Assembly (NCBI GenBank): GCA_040880465.1
Contig: JBBDIK010000012.1
Coordinates: forward strand, 116,469-180,468
DNA from: Actinomycetota bacterium
GTDB lineage: Bacteria > Actinomycetota > UBA4738 > JBBDHU01
Direction: 5' to 3'
Length of the DNA stretch: 64,000 nucleotides
Shown here: positions 8,522 to 18,132 of the stretch, one piece after another
Layout: the number at the start of each line of letters is the position of its first letter
How positions within the stretch are numbered: the first letter of the stretch is position 1
Program-made: the position numbers and the translations under genes
Notes under the pieces: model-generated
Seen by the model: the letters and a program-made list of their open reading frames with translations, nothing else
Told to the model about the DNA's origin: nothing
Database searches by the model: none

Positions 8522-10166
8522 CTATCGGACCCGAACGTCCTCGCGGCCTCGTTCCGCTGCGGCGAACATGACCCGAAGTCGCTCCAGCGCGGCGCCGCCG
8601 GCCACCGGTTCCGCGAGCGCGCGGTCGGATGTCTCGAGGCGAACCGGATTGCGCGCCAGCCATCGCCGGATCTCGGCGATCTCGTCGGCCCGCTCGCGGG
8701 GGACCGGGACCGGGATCGGGGAGGGTCCGGTCCACCGCGAGTTGACCATGCCGGAACGCGAGCTGCGCTCCGGTCGTATCGCGCAGGACGAATCGACCGG
8801 GCTGCAGGAGCCAGTCGTTCGTCCGTTGGCGGGTGAGGGCATCGATCGTCGCGCGGAGGCGGTCGCGCGCCAGCGCAGCCTCCTCGAAGCGTTCGGCATC
8901 CGCGAGGGCATCCATGCGAGTCTCGAGTATCTCCAGGAGCGTGTCGGGATCTGCGAGCGCGTCGAGCAGCCGGCGCACCGTCGCCAGGTACCCGTCGCGA
9001 TCAGTGCGGCCGTCGCACGGGGCGAGGCACCGGCCCATGTCCGCGAGAGCGCAGGGCGCGAACCGCGTCCTTTCTCCCATCGACTTCGTGCAGCGGCGGA
9101 TCGGGAAGACTTCCTCGAGCGCCTCCTTCGCGAGCCGGGCTTGCGCGGATGACCGGAAGGGGCCCAAGAAGCACACTCCCTCGCCGGCCTTCGCCTCGTA
9201 GACGACCTTGAAGCGGGGGAACGCTTCGGTGGTGTCGAGCTTGAGGTACGCGTAGCGCCGCCAGGTCTTGCCGCGCCGGTTGTATTTCGGCGCGTGTGCT
9301 CCGATCAGCCGGGCCTCCAGGACCAGGGCTTCGAGCTCGGATCCGCAAGGGCGGGCCTCGACCCGCGTGACCTCGCCGAGCAGGTCCTCGATCTTCTTGC
9401 GGCCGTCGCCGTAGAAGTAGGTCTTGACGCGCTGACGGATGTCTTTGGACTTGCCGACGTAGAGGATCTGATCATCGCGCCCCCGGAACAGATAGACGCC
9501 GGGCGAGCGTGGCAGATCATCGGTCATCCTGATCTTGTGGAAGTTCGGGCGGCCACGTGCGCGGACCGCGTTGTGCAGGTCCCCGAGCGTCAGGATCCCC
9601 AGCCGTCCTCCGAGTTCGAGCAACCCGTGGAGCACCTCCGCGCATGCTTGAGCATCCGGAAGCGCGCGGTGGTTCGGTTGAACGCCGACCCGGAAGTACT
9701 GGGAGAGGGTCGCCAGTTTCACGTTCGGCACATCCGGCCAGACGACCCGGCGCGCAAGCCGGGCGGTGCACACGGGCGGCGGCGGGATCGGCTCGTAGTT
9801 GAGCCGCAGCAACTCCGTGTTGACGAACGACAGATCGAACCGCGCGTTGTGAGCGACGAACACCGCGTCTCGGGAGAATTCGACGAACTGAGGCATGATC
9901 GCCTCGATGGGCGGCATCCCGATCACGTCGCGATCAGCGATGCCGGTGAGGCGCGTGATGAACGGCGGGATGGCGACGCCGGGATCGACGAGCTCGGAGA
10001 AGGTCCCGAGCAGTTCTCCGCCCCGGTACTTCACGGCCCCGATCTCCGTGATAGACGAGGACTGCGGCGACCCGCCGGTGGTCTCGAGGTCGACCACGCA
10101 GAAGGTCACCTCGGACAATGGCACCCCCTGGTCCAGGGTGGTCTGGAACGCCTCAGCAGCCTGCAC
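8522..10166 (-). pseudogene. DEDD (DnaQ-like) 3'-5' exonuclease fused to GIY-YIG (UvrC/Cho-like) nuclease; reading frame broken near 8698-8702
   Basis: The N-terminus has FCVVDLETTG...HNARFDLSF...H..LPDA (exo I-III), followed by GVYLFRGRDDQILYVGKSKDIRQRV (GIY-YIG). After ...AVDRTLPDPGPGP the long frame becomes Arg-rich junk and runs into the thiolase gene. The +1 frame continues as RERADEIAEIRRWLARNPVRLE... and stops at 8522, just upstream of the thiolase start. Confidence 0.65.
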
Positions 10167-10199
10167 GAGCCGCCTTCCCCGGGGCGGGCGCGGAGGGTC

Positions 10200-10228
10200 A
10201 GTGTACCGAACATATGTTCGAGAATCAA
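10200..10228 (-). promoter_or_regulatory. promoter (TTGATT-17-TACACT) with an embedded LexA/SOS box
   Basis: The minus strand reads cTTGATTcTCGAACatatGTTCGGTACACT. TCGAAC-N4-GTTCGg (plus-strand 10206-10221) matches the actinobacterial SOS box TCGAAC-N4-GTTCGA at 11 of 12 positions. It lies 40 nt upstream of the exonuclease GTG. Confidence 0.7.
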
Positions 10229-10250
10229 GCGGTCGCGGGGACCGGGGTGG

Positions 10251-11144
10251 TCAGTCGGGCAGGACGAGGTCGAGTGGCTCGCCGTCGGCGGTGTGGAAGG
10301 TTCGCTCGACCGAGTCCGAGTTGCGAACGCGGGCGAGGACCTTGGTCGTCGGCGGATCCGGTACCGCGCTGGTGATGACCCCGACTTCGGCGCCGTCGGT
10401 GAACACCGCCTGACCGACGCCGACGGCGGCATGCGTCCAGAGCCGGGTGATCACGAACGGGGGCCTCCCGAAGTTGCGGATCTTCGCGACGCTCTCTTGC
10501 CCGAGGAAGCACCCCTTGTCCGCGTCGATCGTTGCCTCCGCAGCCGGATCTTCAGCCGGGAGTGACTCGGCCGTCAGGTCGATCGGGAATCGCGCGATGC
10601 CATGTCGGATGCGCCAGACGTCGAGCGCCTCGTCATCGATCAGCACCAGCCTTTCGGTGAGGGAGGCGATGAGGTCGAACCGGGCCTCCGGATCGGATGG
10701 CGTGGCGACCAGCTGCCCGAACGGTTCCCACGGCGACGCCGTCCAGGCTGCGTCGTGGACCTCGGTTCCCGTCGGGACCGCGAACAGCGTCACCTCGTCG
10801 TCCGCGTCGGCCAGGGCGACATCCGAGGACAGGACGTACTTCGCGAGGAGTTCGCCGATCTGCTCGGGCTGCGTACGGTCTTGGAGCAGCACGTACCCCT
10901 GGTCGGTTCGGGCGACGTGGAAGTCCGACCTGATGCGTCCCGTGGGGGTCAGGAGCAGGGATCGGCGTGCCTGGCCGGACTCCATCCCGGCCACACCGGC
11001 GGTGACGAGGTCGTTCAGCCAGGTTTCGGCATCGGTCCCGGTCACGGACGTCGAGCGGAGGTCGGTCGTCAGGTCGGCGAACGCCTCCCCCTCCTCGAGG
11101 GCCGCGACCTCTTCTTCCAGGAACTTCCCAAGGGGCTCCATCAC
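10251..11144 (-). CDS. ygfZ: folate-binding YgfZ-family protein (GcvT-like fold)
   Basis: 297 aa with the signature DKGCFLGQESVAKI (the K-G-C-[FY]-x-G-Q-E motif of YgfZ proteins). Confidence 0.8.
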   Translation of the reverse strand: MMEPLGKFLEEEVAALEEGEAFADLTTDLRSTSVTGTDAETWLNDLVTAGVAGMESGQARRSLLLTPTGRIRSDFHVARTDQGYVLLQDRTQPEQIGELLAKYVLSSDVALADADDEVTLFAVPTGTEVHDAAWTASPWEPFGQLVATPSDPEARFDLIASLTERLVLIDDEALDVWRIRHGIARFPIDLTAESLPAEDPAAEATIDADKGCFLGQESVAKIRNFGRPPFVITRLWTHAAVGVGQAVFTDGAEVGVITSAVPDPPTTKVLARVRNSDSVERTFHTADGEPLDLVLPD

Positions 11145-11161
11145 CTGAGAGCATAGGCGCC

Positions 11162-12310
11162 GTGAGCGATCATCCCGCGCCCGACATCCCCCGCACGCTC
11201 GTCGTGACGGCCGACTTCCCGCCTACGGTGGGCGGCGTGCAGCAGTACGTTCACAGTCTCGTCCATCGCTTCCCCGAGAACCGCGTGACGGTGCTGACCT
11301 CGACGCACGAGGGATGGGAGGCGTCCGATGCCACCCAGCCGTTCCGGGTCCGGCGTGTCCCGACGAAATGGCTCTGGCCCGGCCGGGGGCTGACGGAGCG
11401 GATCGAGGAGGTCGTCCGTGACACCGGTGCCGAGGCCGTGCTGTTCGCCAGTGGGTATCCGGCAGCGATCTCCGGTCCGGCGCTCGCGAAACGGGGGGTG
11501 CCCTACATCGTGGCGACGCACGGGATCGAGCACTGGATCGCCCTGGTTCCCGGCGGCCCTGCCCTGATGAGGTCGGCGTTCGGGCGAGCATCTCGAGTCG
11601 TCGCGATCAGTCGCTTCACGGCTCGCGCCATCGGCCGTGGGGTGCCGGGTGACGTTCCGCTCGAGATCTGCCATCCAGGGGTCGATGTCGACAAGTTCCG
11701 CCCCGATGTCGACGGCGGGCCGATCCGCCTTCGGCACAAGGTCTTCGACCGACCGCTCGTCGTCTGCGTCTCGCGGTTCGTCAAGCGCAAGGGGCAGGAC
11801 GTACTGGTCCGCGGCATGGAGCGTATCGTCCGCCGCGTGCCGGATGCCGTGCTGCTCATGGCGGGAACCGGACCCGATCATGATCGGGTCGTTCGGTTGG
11901 CCCGGGAGGCACCCGACCGGTCGGTCGTCTTCGCCGGGGTGATCCCCGAGGAAGAGCTCCCGATGTACCACGCCGCCGCGGACGTCTTCGCGATGCCCTG
12001 CCGTTCTCGCGCGTTCGGGCTCGAGGCCGAAGGGTTCGGCATGGTGTTCACCGAGGCATCCGCAAGCGGTAAGCCCGTGGTCGCGGGCCGCTCCGGAGGC
12101 GCGGCGGAGGCCGTCGTCGATGGGGAAACCGGGCTCGTCGTGGACGGCCGCCAGACCGAGGCCGTGGCCGAGGCGGTCTCCGGGCTCCTGCTCGACCCGT
12201 TCCGCGCGGAGCACCTCGGGAAGGCCGGCCGCGTGCGTGCCGAGCGCGAGTTGGCTTGGACCGGCATCGCCGGGCGATACGCGGGGTGGTTGAGGGAAGC
12301 CGCCGGGTAG
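11162..12310 (+). CDS. glycosyltransferase family 4 (PimA/PimB-like mannosyltransferase type)
   Basis: 382 aa with the C-terminal GT-B motif EGFGMVFTEASASGKPVVAGRSGGAAEAVVDGETGLVV. Confidence 0.85.
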   Translation: MSDHPAPDIPRTLVVTADFPPTVGGVQQYVHSLVHRFPENRVTVLTSTHEGWEASDATQPFRVRRVPTKWLWPGRGLTERIEEVVRDTGAEAVLFASGYPAAISGPALAKRGVPYIVATHGIEHWIALVPGGPALMRSAFGRASRVVAISRFTARAIGRGVPGDVPLEICHPGVDVDKFRPDVDGGPIRLRHKVFDRPLVVCVSRFVKRKGQDVLVRGMERIVRRVPDAVLLMAGTGPDHDRVVRLAREAPDRSVVFAGVIPEEELPMYHAAADVFAMPCRSRAFGLEAEGFGMVFTEASASGKPVVAGRSGGAAEAVVDGETGLVVDGRQTEAVAEAVSGLLLDPFRAEHLGKAGRVRAERELAWTGIAGRYAGWLREAAG

Positions 12311-12327
12311 CCGACGATACGAAGGTG

Positions 12328-13167
12328 ATGGACACGGAAGGACCGCCCGAGGAGACCGAGGGCCGCTGTCCCAACTGCGGGGCACTGGTCTCGCCGGACG
12401 CCGAATGGTGCAACCTGTGCTTCGCGTCGCTCAAGGTGCCGGAGGCCGAGGTGCCCGATCCGACCCAGGCGGCTGCGGGACCTTCGCCGTCGGACACGGG
12501 TCCGGCATCGGCGGCCGACCTCGTGACGATCGAGGTCGACATCGAGGAGGTCGACGATACCGAGCCTCCCGCTCCCGAGCCCGCCGTAGCCGGTCCGGCG
12601 CCCGGCTCGCAGATCGCGGAGCGAGAGGCCGCCGAGGAGGAGGCGGCCGCTTCGACCGTCTGGCAGTGCCCGGTCTGTGACGAGGAGAACCCACTGGAGG
12701 CGAATACCTGCATGATGTGCGGGACGCCCTTCGGCCGGCTCTTCGAGGAACCGGAGGAGCAAGCGACCATGGAGCCGAACCGCGCTGCGATGCTGGGGCT
12801 CCTCCCGGGGCTCGGACACTACAAGCTCGGACGGGGCGGTGAGGGATTCGCGCGAGCATTCGCGTTCGCCGGTTGCCTCGGGATGGCGCTGCTCTTCTTG
12901 CTCTCGGTCTCCGGGACCGGCTCCTCTCGGCTACTGATCCTGTCGCTCTACTTCATCGCGGTGATCTTCCTCATCGGAGAGTCGGCGATGGAGTGCTACC
13001 GGATCGCCTCGGGGGAGCCGCAGCTGATCCCGGGCCGGCTCCTCATCTGGGGGTTCGTCGCGGTCTTCGGCCTGTCCGTCGTTCTGGTGGTTGCACTCTC
13101 GCTCGGTGTTCGGCCTGAGACGTCGACGCCGACGACCGTCCCTGGACCACCGTTGTCGGGTGCCTGA
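12328..13167 (+). CDS. double zinc-ribbon membrane protein, unknown function
   Basis: Two zinc ribbons, CPNCGALVSPDAEWCNLC and WQCPVCDEENPLEANTCMMCG (RanBP2-like), are separated by an acidic linker. Several TM helices follow. Start set at ATG 12328, downstream of the GT4 stop. Confidence 0.55.
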   Translation: MDTEGPPEETEGRCPNCGALVSPDAEWCNLCFASLKVPEAEVPDPTQAAAGPSPSDTGPASAADLVTIEVDIEEVDDTEPPAPEPAVAGPAPGSQIAEREAAEEEAAASTVWQCPVCDEENPLEANTCMMCGTPFGRLFEEPEEQATMEPNRAAMLGLLPGLGHYKLGRGGEGFARAFAFAGCLGMALLFLLSVSGTGSSRLLILSLYFIAVIFLIGESAMECYRIASGEPQLIPGRLLIWGFVAVFGLSVVLVVALSLGVRPETSTPTTVPGPPLSGA

Positions 13168-13236
13168 AAGCCTCGGAGCGCGGCGGGAACCAGACTAAGC
13201 TAGCGCGATGACGCGAACCGGAACCGCCGACCCACG

Positions 13237-14187
13237 ATGAGCGCCCACGCGATCGGGGTCGATGTCGGTGGAACGAAGATCGCCGCGATGCGGGTCACCG
13301 CCGAGGGCGAGATCCTTGCGCGCGAGACCGTCGAAACGCCGGCCTCCGATGCGGAGGCGACCCTGGCCGCGACCGAACAGGCGGCCCGAGCCGTCCTGAG
13401 CGATGAAGTCGTGGCGGTCGGGGTCGGCGCCGCGGGCATCGTCGACTTCGCGGCGGGAGTTCTGCGGTACGGCCCGAACCTGCCGTGGCGGGAGCTGGGC
13501 GTCGTCGAGCGGATCACCCGTGAGATCGGTCTGCCGTGCGTCCTGGACAACGACGCGAACGTGGCCGCTTGGGGCGAGTATCGGTTCGGCGCCGGCAAAG
13601 GCACCCAGGACATGTTGCTCGTCACCGTCGGAACCGGGATCGGGGGTGGGATCGTCTCCGGGGGGAAGATGTATCGCGGGGCGCACGGGTTCGCCGCCGA
13701 GATCGGCCACGTGATCGTCGACCCCAACGGGCCGCTGTGCGGTTGCGGCAATGTCGGGTGTTGGGAGCAGGTCGCGTCCGGTAGCGCCATCCAGCGCGCA
13801 GGACGCGAGGCGGTCCCCGATCATCCGGAGTCGCTGATCTCCAAGCTCGCGAGCGGCGACGCCGCGAAGGTGACCGGCCCGATCGTGACCGAGGCCGCCC
13901 AGAAGGACGACGACATCGCCAAACGCATCATCCGGGAAGCCGGGCGGCGCCTCGGCCAAGGGATCGCCGGACTCGTCAATATCCTCGACCCGGATGTCGT
14001 CGTGATCGGCGGCGGAGTGGTTGCCGCGGGCGATCTCGTCCTTGGGCCGGCGCGCCGAGCGATGGTCGACGCTATCGAGGCTCCGGAGCACCGGCCCGAG
14101 GTGCCGCTGCTCGCGGCGACGCTGGGGAACGATGCCGGCGCGGTCGGTGCCGCGGCGATGGCGTTGGACGAACTGGGCTCCGGGTGA
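13237..14187 (+). CDS. ROK-family glucokinase
   Basis: N-terminal IGVDVGGTKIAA, the ROK zinc motif CGCGNVGCWE and the GIGGGIV motif. 316 aa. Confidence 0.85.
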   Translation: MSAHAIGVDVGGTKIAAMRVTAEGEILARETVETPASDAEATLAATEQAARAVLSDEVVAVGVGAAGIVDFAAGVLRYGPNLPWRELGVVERITREIGLPCVLDNDANVAAWGEYRFGAGKGTQDMLLVTVGTGIGGGIVSGGKMYRGAHGFAAEIGHVIVDPNGPLCGCGNVGCWEQVASGSAIQRAGREAVPDHPESLISKLASGDAAKVTGPIVTEAAQKDDDIAKRIIREAGRRLGQGIAGLVNILDPDVVVIGGGVVAAGDLVLGPARRAMVDAIEAPEHRPEVPLLAATLGNDAGAVGAAAMALDELGSG

Positions 14188-15086
14188 ACCTCGGACTGGT
14201 CCTTCCGCTGTACTCGGGCGATCCGGCGCGCGTCATGGCCTTCGCGGAACGTGCGACCGCCCTCGGTTTCGACGGGCTGTTCGCGTTCGATCATTTCTTC
14301 CCGCCCGGGACGTCGGCGGAGCGGGCGAGTCTCGAGGCCTTCACCACGCTGTCCGCGGTGACGGTGGCGTGTCCGAACATGACCATCGGGACGTTCGTCG
14401 CTCGGGCCGGGGTCCGCGCGCCGGGGATGCTGGCGAAGATGGCCGGACAGATCGACGACATGAGCGGCGGGAACTTCATCCTGGGTCTCGGTGCCGGGGA
14501 CGAGCAGAGCCGGGCCGAGGCCGAGACGTTCGGGTTCGAGCACCTGGAGACGCAGACCGAGCGCTACGAGTTGCTGGCCGACACGGTCCGGGGGGTCCGA
14601 GCGCTCCTCGACGGTCGTGCTTGGGTCGGGAGCGACCTGGTTCCTGCGATGGAGGGTCCGCTGGCGCCGGCACCACGACGTTCCGGGGGCCCGCCGGTCT
14701 GGATCGGTGGAAAAGGGGACGCAGCGCTGCGGCTGGCCGCCGATCTGGCCGACGGTTGGAACGGCTGGGGTATCGATGAGGAGACCTTCGCTGCCCGCGC
14801 CGCCGAACTGACGGCGCTGTCGGGGGCTTCGGGTCGGACCGTCGAGCCGAATTGGGGAGGGATCGCGCTGGTCGGGGAGGACGCCGCGAGCGTTGAGACG
14901 CTCCTCGTGCGGCGTCGAGAGGTCGGCCTGACCGAGAGCACCGTGTGGTCGGGCACGGCCGCGGAGTTCCGGATGTTCCTCGAGCGCCTGGCGGCAGCGG
15001 GGGCAAGCTGGGCGATCTTCGTTCCGGCTGGACCGGCAGACCGGATGGATCTGATCGCGGACGCCCTGGATCGGGTTCGCCCGTGA
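14184..15086 (+). CDS. LLM-class (luciferase-like) F420-dependent oxidoreductase
   Basis: 300 aa with GFDGLFAFDHFF and LGLGAGDEQSRAE typical of luciferase-like monooxygenase family proteins. GTGA overlap with the glucokinase gene. Confidence 0.75.
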   Translation: MNLGLVLPLYSGDPARVMAFAERATALGFDGLFAFDHFFPPGTSAERASLEAFTTLSAVTVACPNMTIGTFVARAGVRAPGMLAKMAGQIDDMSGGNFILGLGAGDEQSRAEAETFGFEHLETQTERYELLADTVRGVRALLDGRAWVGSDLVPAMEGPLAPAPRRSGGPPVWIGGKGDAALRLAADLADGWNGWGIDEETFAARAAELTALSGASGRTVEPNWGGIALVGEDAASVETLLVRRREVGLTESTVWSGTAAEFRMFLERLAAAGASWAIFVPAGPADRMDLIADALDRVRP

Positions 15087-15688
15087 CCGGCAACAAGGCC
15101 ATCAGGCGGGCCAAGACCGAACTCCGCACGCGGATGAAGCAGGTCCGGGAGCAGATCCCGTCGGATGAACGTGCACGACTCGCCGTGCTGGTCGCGGATC
15201 GACTGATCGGCGTGCTGGCCGATATCGACACCGTCATGACGTTCCTGTCCTTCGGGAACGAGTTGCCGACCGATCAGATCGCCGAGCGGCTACACGCGGC
15301 CGGCAAGCGCTTGGCCGTTCCGCACGTCGACGGCGAGACCATCGTGCCGCTGGAGTACGTCCCCGGCGATCCGGTCGAGGAGGCGGTGTTCGGCATCCGC
15401 GAGCCGGCGGAGCATCGCCCCGTTCCGCATGCAGAGATCGGAGCCGTGATCGTTCCGGGCCTGGCCTTCGACCGGGGCGGCTACCGCGTGGGCTACGGCG
15501 GTGGATTCTACGATCGGCTACTGCGCTCGGTCCCCGTCAGCGCGCTTCGCGTGGGCATCTGTTTCCGCGCGCAGGTCGTCGAGGAGGTCCCTCGTGGCCA
15601 CCTGGACGAGGCGCTCGATCTGGTTGTCACCGACGGCGAGACCATCGAATGCCACCGCGGCGGGGGCGCCGATGAGGGAGGCGCGTAG
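15083..15688 (+). CDS. 5-formyltetrahydrofolate cyclo-ligase
   Basis: The GTG start overlaps the previous stop. KAIRRAKTELRTRMKQVR...VPGLAFDRGGYRVGYGGGFYDR is the MTHFS family signature. Confidence 0.8.
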   Translation: MTGNKAIRRAKTELRTRMKQVREQIPSDERARLAVLVADRLIGVLADIDTVMTFLSFGNELPTDQIAERLHAAGKRLAVPHVDGETIVPLEYVPGDPVEEAVFGIREPAEHRPVPHAEIGAVIVPGLAFDRGGYRVGYGGGFYDRLLRSVPVSALRVGICFRAQVVEEVPRGHLDEALDLVVTDGETIECHRGGGADEGGA

Positions 15689-15769
15689 ACTCGCGCTTGC
15701 GCCGGAGGCGGCGTTCCCGGTACAAGAGGTTCATCAGGGGTACAACCGAGAGCCAAGGAGAAGATCGAG

Positions 15770-16849
15770 ATGGCGGAACCGACACGCACCGCGCTCCACG
15801 ACAAACTCGAGGCCATGGGCGGCACGTTCGAGGAGGACAGCGGCTGGCTGTGGATCGATACCTTCGGTGACATCCGCAAGGAGTACGACGCCGTTCGTGA
15901 AGCGGTCGGCGTCTGGGATCTCTCGCCGCTGATCAAGTGGGAGTTCAAGGGTCCCCAGGCCGCCGAGGCGGTCAACTTCGTGAACGGGAACGACATCCTC
16001 GGCGCGAAGCCGGGTCAGGTGAAGTACGGGCCCTTCCTGAACGAGAAGGGTGCGGTCGTCGATGACGGCACCATCTACAAGTTCTCCGACGAGGACCTGT
16101 TGGTGATGACCAACGGCGAGGACCACGGGCCGTACTGGGACGAGCACCTCTCGGACCTGGATGTGTCGATCACGAACGTGGCGCGGCAGATGCCGCACGT
16201 GTCGATCCAAGGACCGAAGTCGCGAGAGATCGTGGCGTCGCTGACCGACGCCGACGTCGCCGGGCTCAAGTACTTCAACTTCATCCCGGAGAAGGTCAAG
16301 CTCGGCGACGCGAGCGGGTACCTCGCCCGGACCGGGTTCTCGGGTGAGCTCGGGTTCGAGTTCTTCACCAACCCGGACGACATCGGAGATCTCTTCGATG
16401 TGCTGATGGACAAGGGGGTGACGCCGTTCGGCGTCGGTGCCATCTACATCCTGCGCCTCGAGGCCGGCCTGCTCATCCCGACGCTGGACTACGACCCGGG
16501 CGAGACGAGTCCCTACGACGTCTCGCTCGATCGGTTCGTGCGGATGGACAAGGACGAGTTCCTGGGGCGGCGCGCGTTGGAGCCGGTCGCGCAGGACCCG
16601 CCGCGCCGCTACAAGACCCTCAAGGTCGACGGGGACCTGCCCGAGGACGGGGCCGTCGTGCTCAAGGACGGCGAGAACGTGGGCGTGTTCCGGTGCGGGG
16701 TCGAAAGCTTCGCGTTCGGGAACATCGGCGGGGCGATCCTGAACAAGGAGGTCGCCGTCGACGGCGAGACGGTCCAGGTCGACGGGAGGGCCGCGACCGT
16801 GCACCCGTGGGGCATCTACGACCCGCAGAAGAAGCGTCCTCGCAGCTAG
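15770..16849 (+). CDS. GcvT-family aminomethyltransferase (paralog 1)
   Basis: 359 aa. HVSIQGPKSREIV, ARTGFSGELGFEFF and RLEAGLLIP match the glycine-cleavage T-protein fold. No gcvH or gcvP adjacent. Confidence 0.85.
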   Translation: MAEPTRTALHDKLEAMGGTFEEDSGWLWIDTFGDIRKEYDAVREAVGVWDLSPLIKWEFKGPQAAEAVNFVNGNDILGAKPGQVKYGPFLNEKGAVVDDGTIYKFSDEDLLVMTNGEDHGPYWDEHLSDLDVSITNVARQMPHVSIQGPKSREIVASLTDADVAGLKYFNFIPEKVKLGDASGYLARTGFSGELGFEFFTNPDDIGDLFDVLMDKGVTPFGVGAIYILRLEAGLLIPTLDYDPGETSPYDVSLDRFVRMDKDEFLGRRALEPVAQDPPRRYKTLKVDGDLPEDGAVVLKDGENVGVFRCGVESFAFGNIGGAILNKEVAVDGETVQVDGRAATVHPWGIYDPQKKRPRS

Positions 16850-16967
16850 CCGGACGATTTGCCGACCCCCCAGTGCCGAGGGGTAAACTCCGGGTCACCC
16901 GCTCCTGAGTGAGGAGTCAGACACGACTGGCCCCGGAGCCGGGTATCCGAAGGAGGAGCGAAGGCTC

Positions 16968-18077
16968 ATGGTCGACGAAGGCTTCAAGAATGCGTTCCAC
17001 GCCGCCGAAGAGAAGCGGGGCGCGGAGTTCGACCTGGATAGCGGCTGGTACTGGACGGCCCGGTTCCCGGACGACCCCGACGGTACGAAGGGCTACACGG
17101 CAACCCGCGAAGACGTATCCGTCTGGAATGTCTCCCCGTTGATCAAATGGAAGTTCGTAGGCCCGGACGCCGCGAAGGCCGTCGATCGGGCCGGCACCAA
17201 CAAGGTCGAGGACCTCAAGGTCGGCGGGGTGCGCTACTCGCTGTTCCTAGATGAAGACGGGTCGGTGCTCGACGAGGGAACCGTCTACCGGGTGGCCGAC
17301 GACACGCTGTACTTCATGCTCAACACCGACGGCGACGAGTTCGGTGACGAGCTGAAGAAGCGCGCACAGGGGTTGGACGTCGAGATCACCAACCCGTCCC
17401 GTGGGATGCCGAACCTGGCGATCCAGGGACCGAACGCGCTGGCGCTGGTGCAGAAGCTGACGGATGCCGACGTGGGGAGCCTCCGGTACTTCAACTTCTT
17501 CACCGAGCCGGTGGAGTTCGCGGGAGCGCAGGTGATGCTGACCCGGACCGGCTACTCGGGGGAGAAGGGCTACGAGGTCTTCCTCATGGATGCATCCGAC
17601 GCCGACGGGGTCTACGAGGCCGTGGTCGACGCAGGCGCCTACCCGATCGGTACCGACGCGGTGCTTCGGTACCGGGTGGAGTCGGGACTGGTGATCGCTG
17701 CTATCGACTACGCGTCGGAGGCGAACCCGAACACCAGCCCGTACGACATCGGGCTGGGGCACGCGATCAAGCTGGACCACGACTTCGTCGGCAAGTCGGG
17801 GATTGAGGCGACCGCCTCGAACCCGCCGAATCGCTACGTCACCCTGAAGCTCGAGGGCGACGAGGAGTCCGAGTACGGCGCGGAGGTCAAGAAGGACGGC
17901 GAGGTCGTTGGGCTGGCCCCGTCGCCGACCGTCAGCCCGGGTTTCGGTGCTATCACGCTTGCGACCGTGCCGGCGGAGCTGGCGGAGCCGGGTACGGAGC
18001 TGGAGGTCGACGGTCGCAAGGCCATCGTCGACACCGTTCCGTTGTACGACCCGGAGAAGAAGCGCCCCCGCAGCTAG
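16968..18077 (+). CDS. GcvT-family aminomethyltransferase (paralog 2)
   Basis: 369 aa. LAIQGPNALALV, TRTGYSGEKGYEVF and RVESGLVI. Both paralogs end in the same YDPxKKRPRS tail. Confidence 0.85.
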   Translation: MVDEGFKNAFHAAEEKRGAEFDLDSGWYWTARFPDDPDGTKGYTATREDVSVWNVSPLIKWKFVGPDAAKAVDRAGTNKVEDLKVGGVRYSLFLDEDGSVLDEGTVYRVADDTLYFMLNTDGDEFGDELKKRAQGLDVEITNPSRGMPNLAIQGPNALALVQKLTDADVGSLRYFNFFTEPVEFAGAQVMLTRTGYSGEKGYEVFLMDASDADGVYEAVVDAGAYPIGTDAVLRYRVESGLVIAAIDYASEANPNTSPYDIGLGHAIKLDHDFVGKSGIEATASNPPNRYVTLKLEGDEESEYGAEVKKDGEVVGLAPSPTVSPGFGAITLATVPAELAEPGTELEVDGRKAIVDTVPLYDPEKKRPRS

Positions 18078-18096
18078 ATCTGCAGGACGAACCACA

Positions 18097-18124
18097 GATG
18101 GGCGGGGCTTCGGCCTCGCCCATC
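18097..18124. terminator. bidirectional stem-loop between convergent genes
   Basis: GATGGGCGGGGC-TTCG-GCCTCGCCCATC forms a 12-bp stem (one G-U pair) with a TTCG loop. It lies between the gcvT-2 stop (18077) and the fhs stop (18133). Confidence 0.6.
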
Positions 18125-18132
18125 GTCCGTCC

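Noticed and set aside
16850-16967. A glycine riboswitch upstream of the GcvT-family genes. 16850-16967 contains CCGGAGCC...UCCGAAGGAGGAGC, and the leader of the first paralogue (15692-15769) was also examined.
   Set aside because: The conserved cores (GGAGAG ... CACCGAAGGGGCAA ... CUCAGGCAAAAGGAC) are absent. The GAAGGAGGAG stretch is better explained as the ribosome-binding site.
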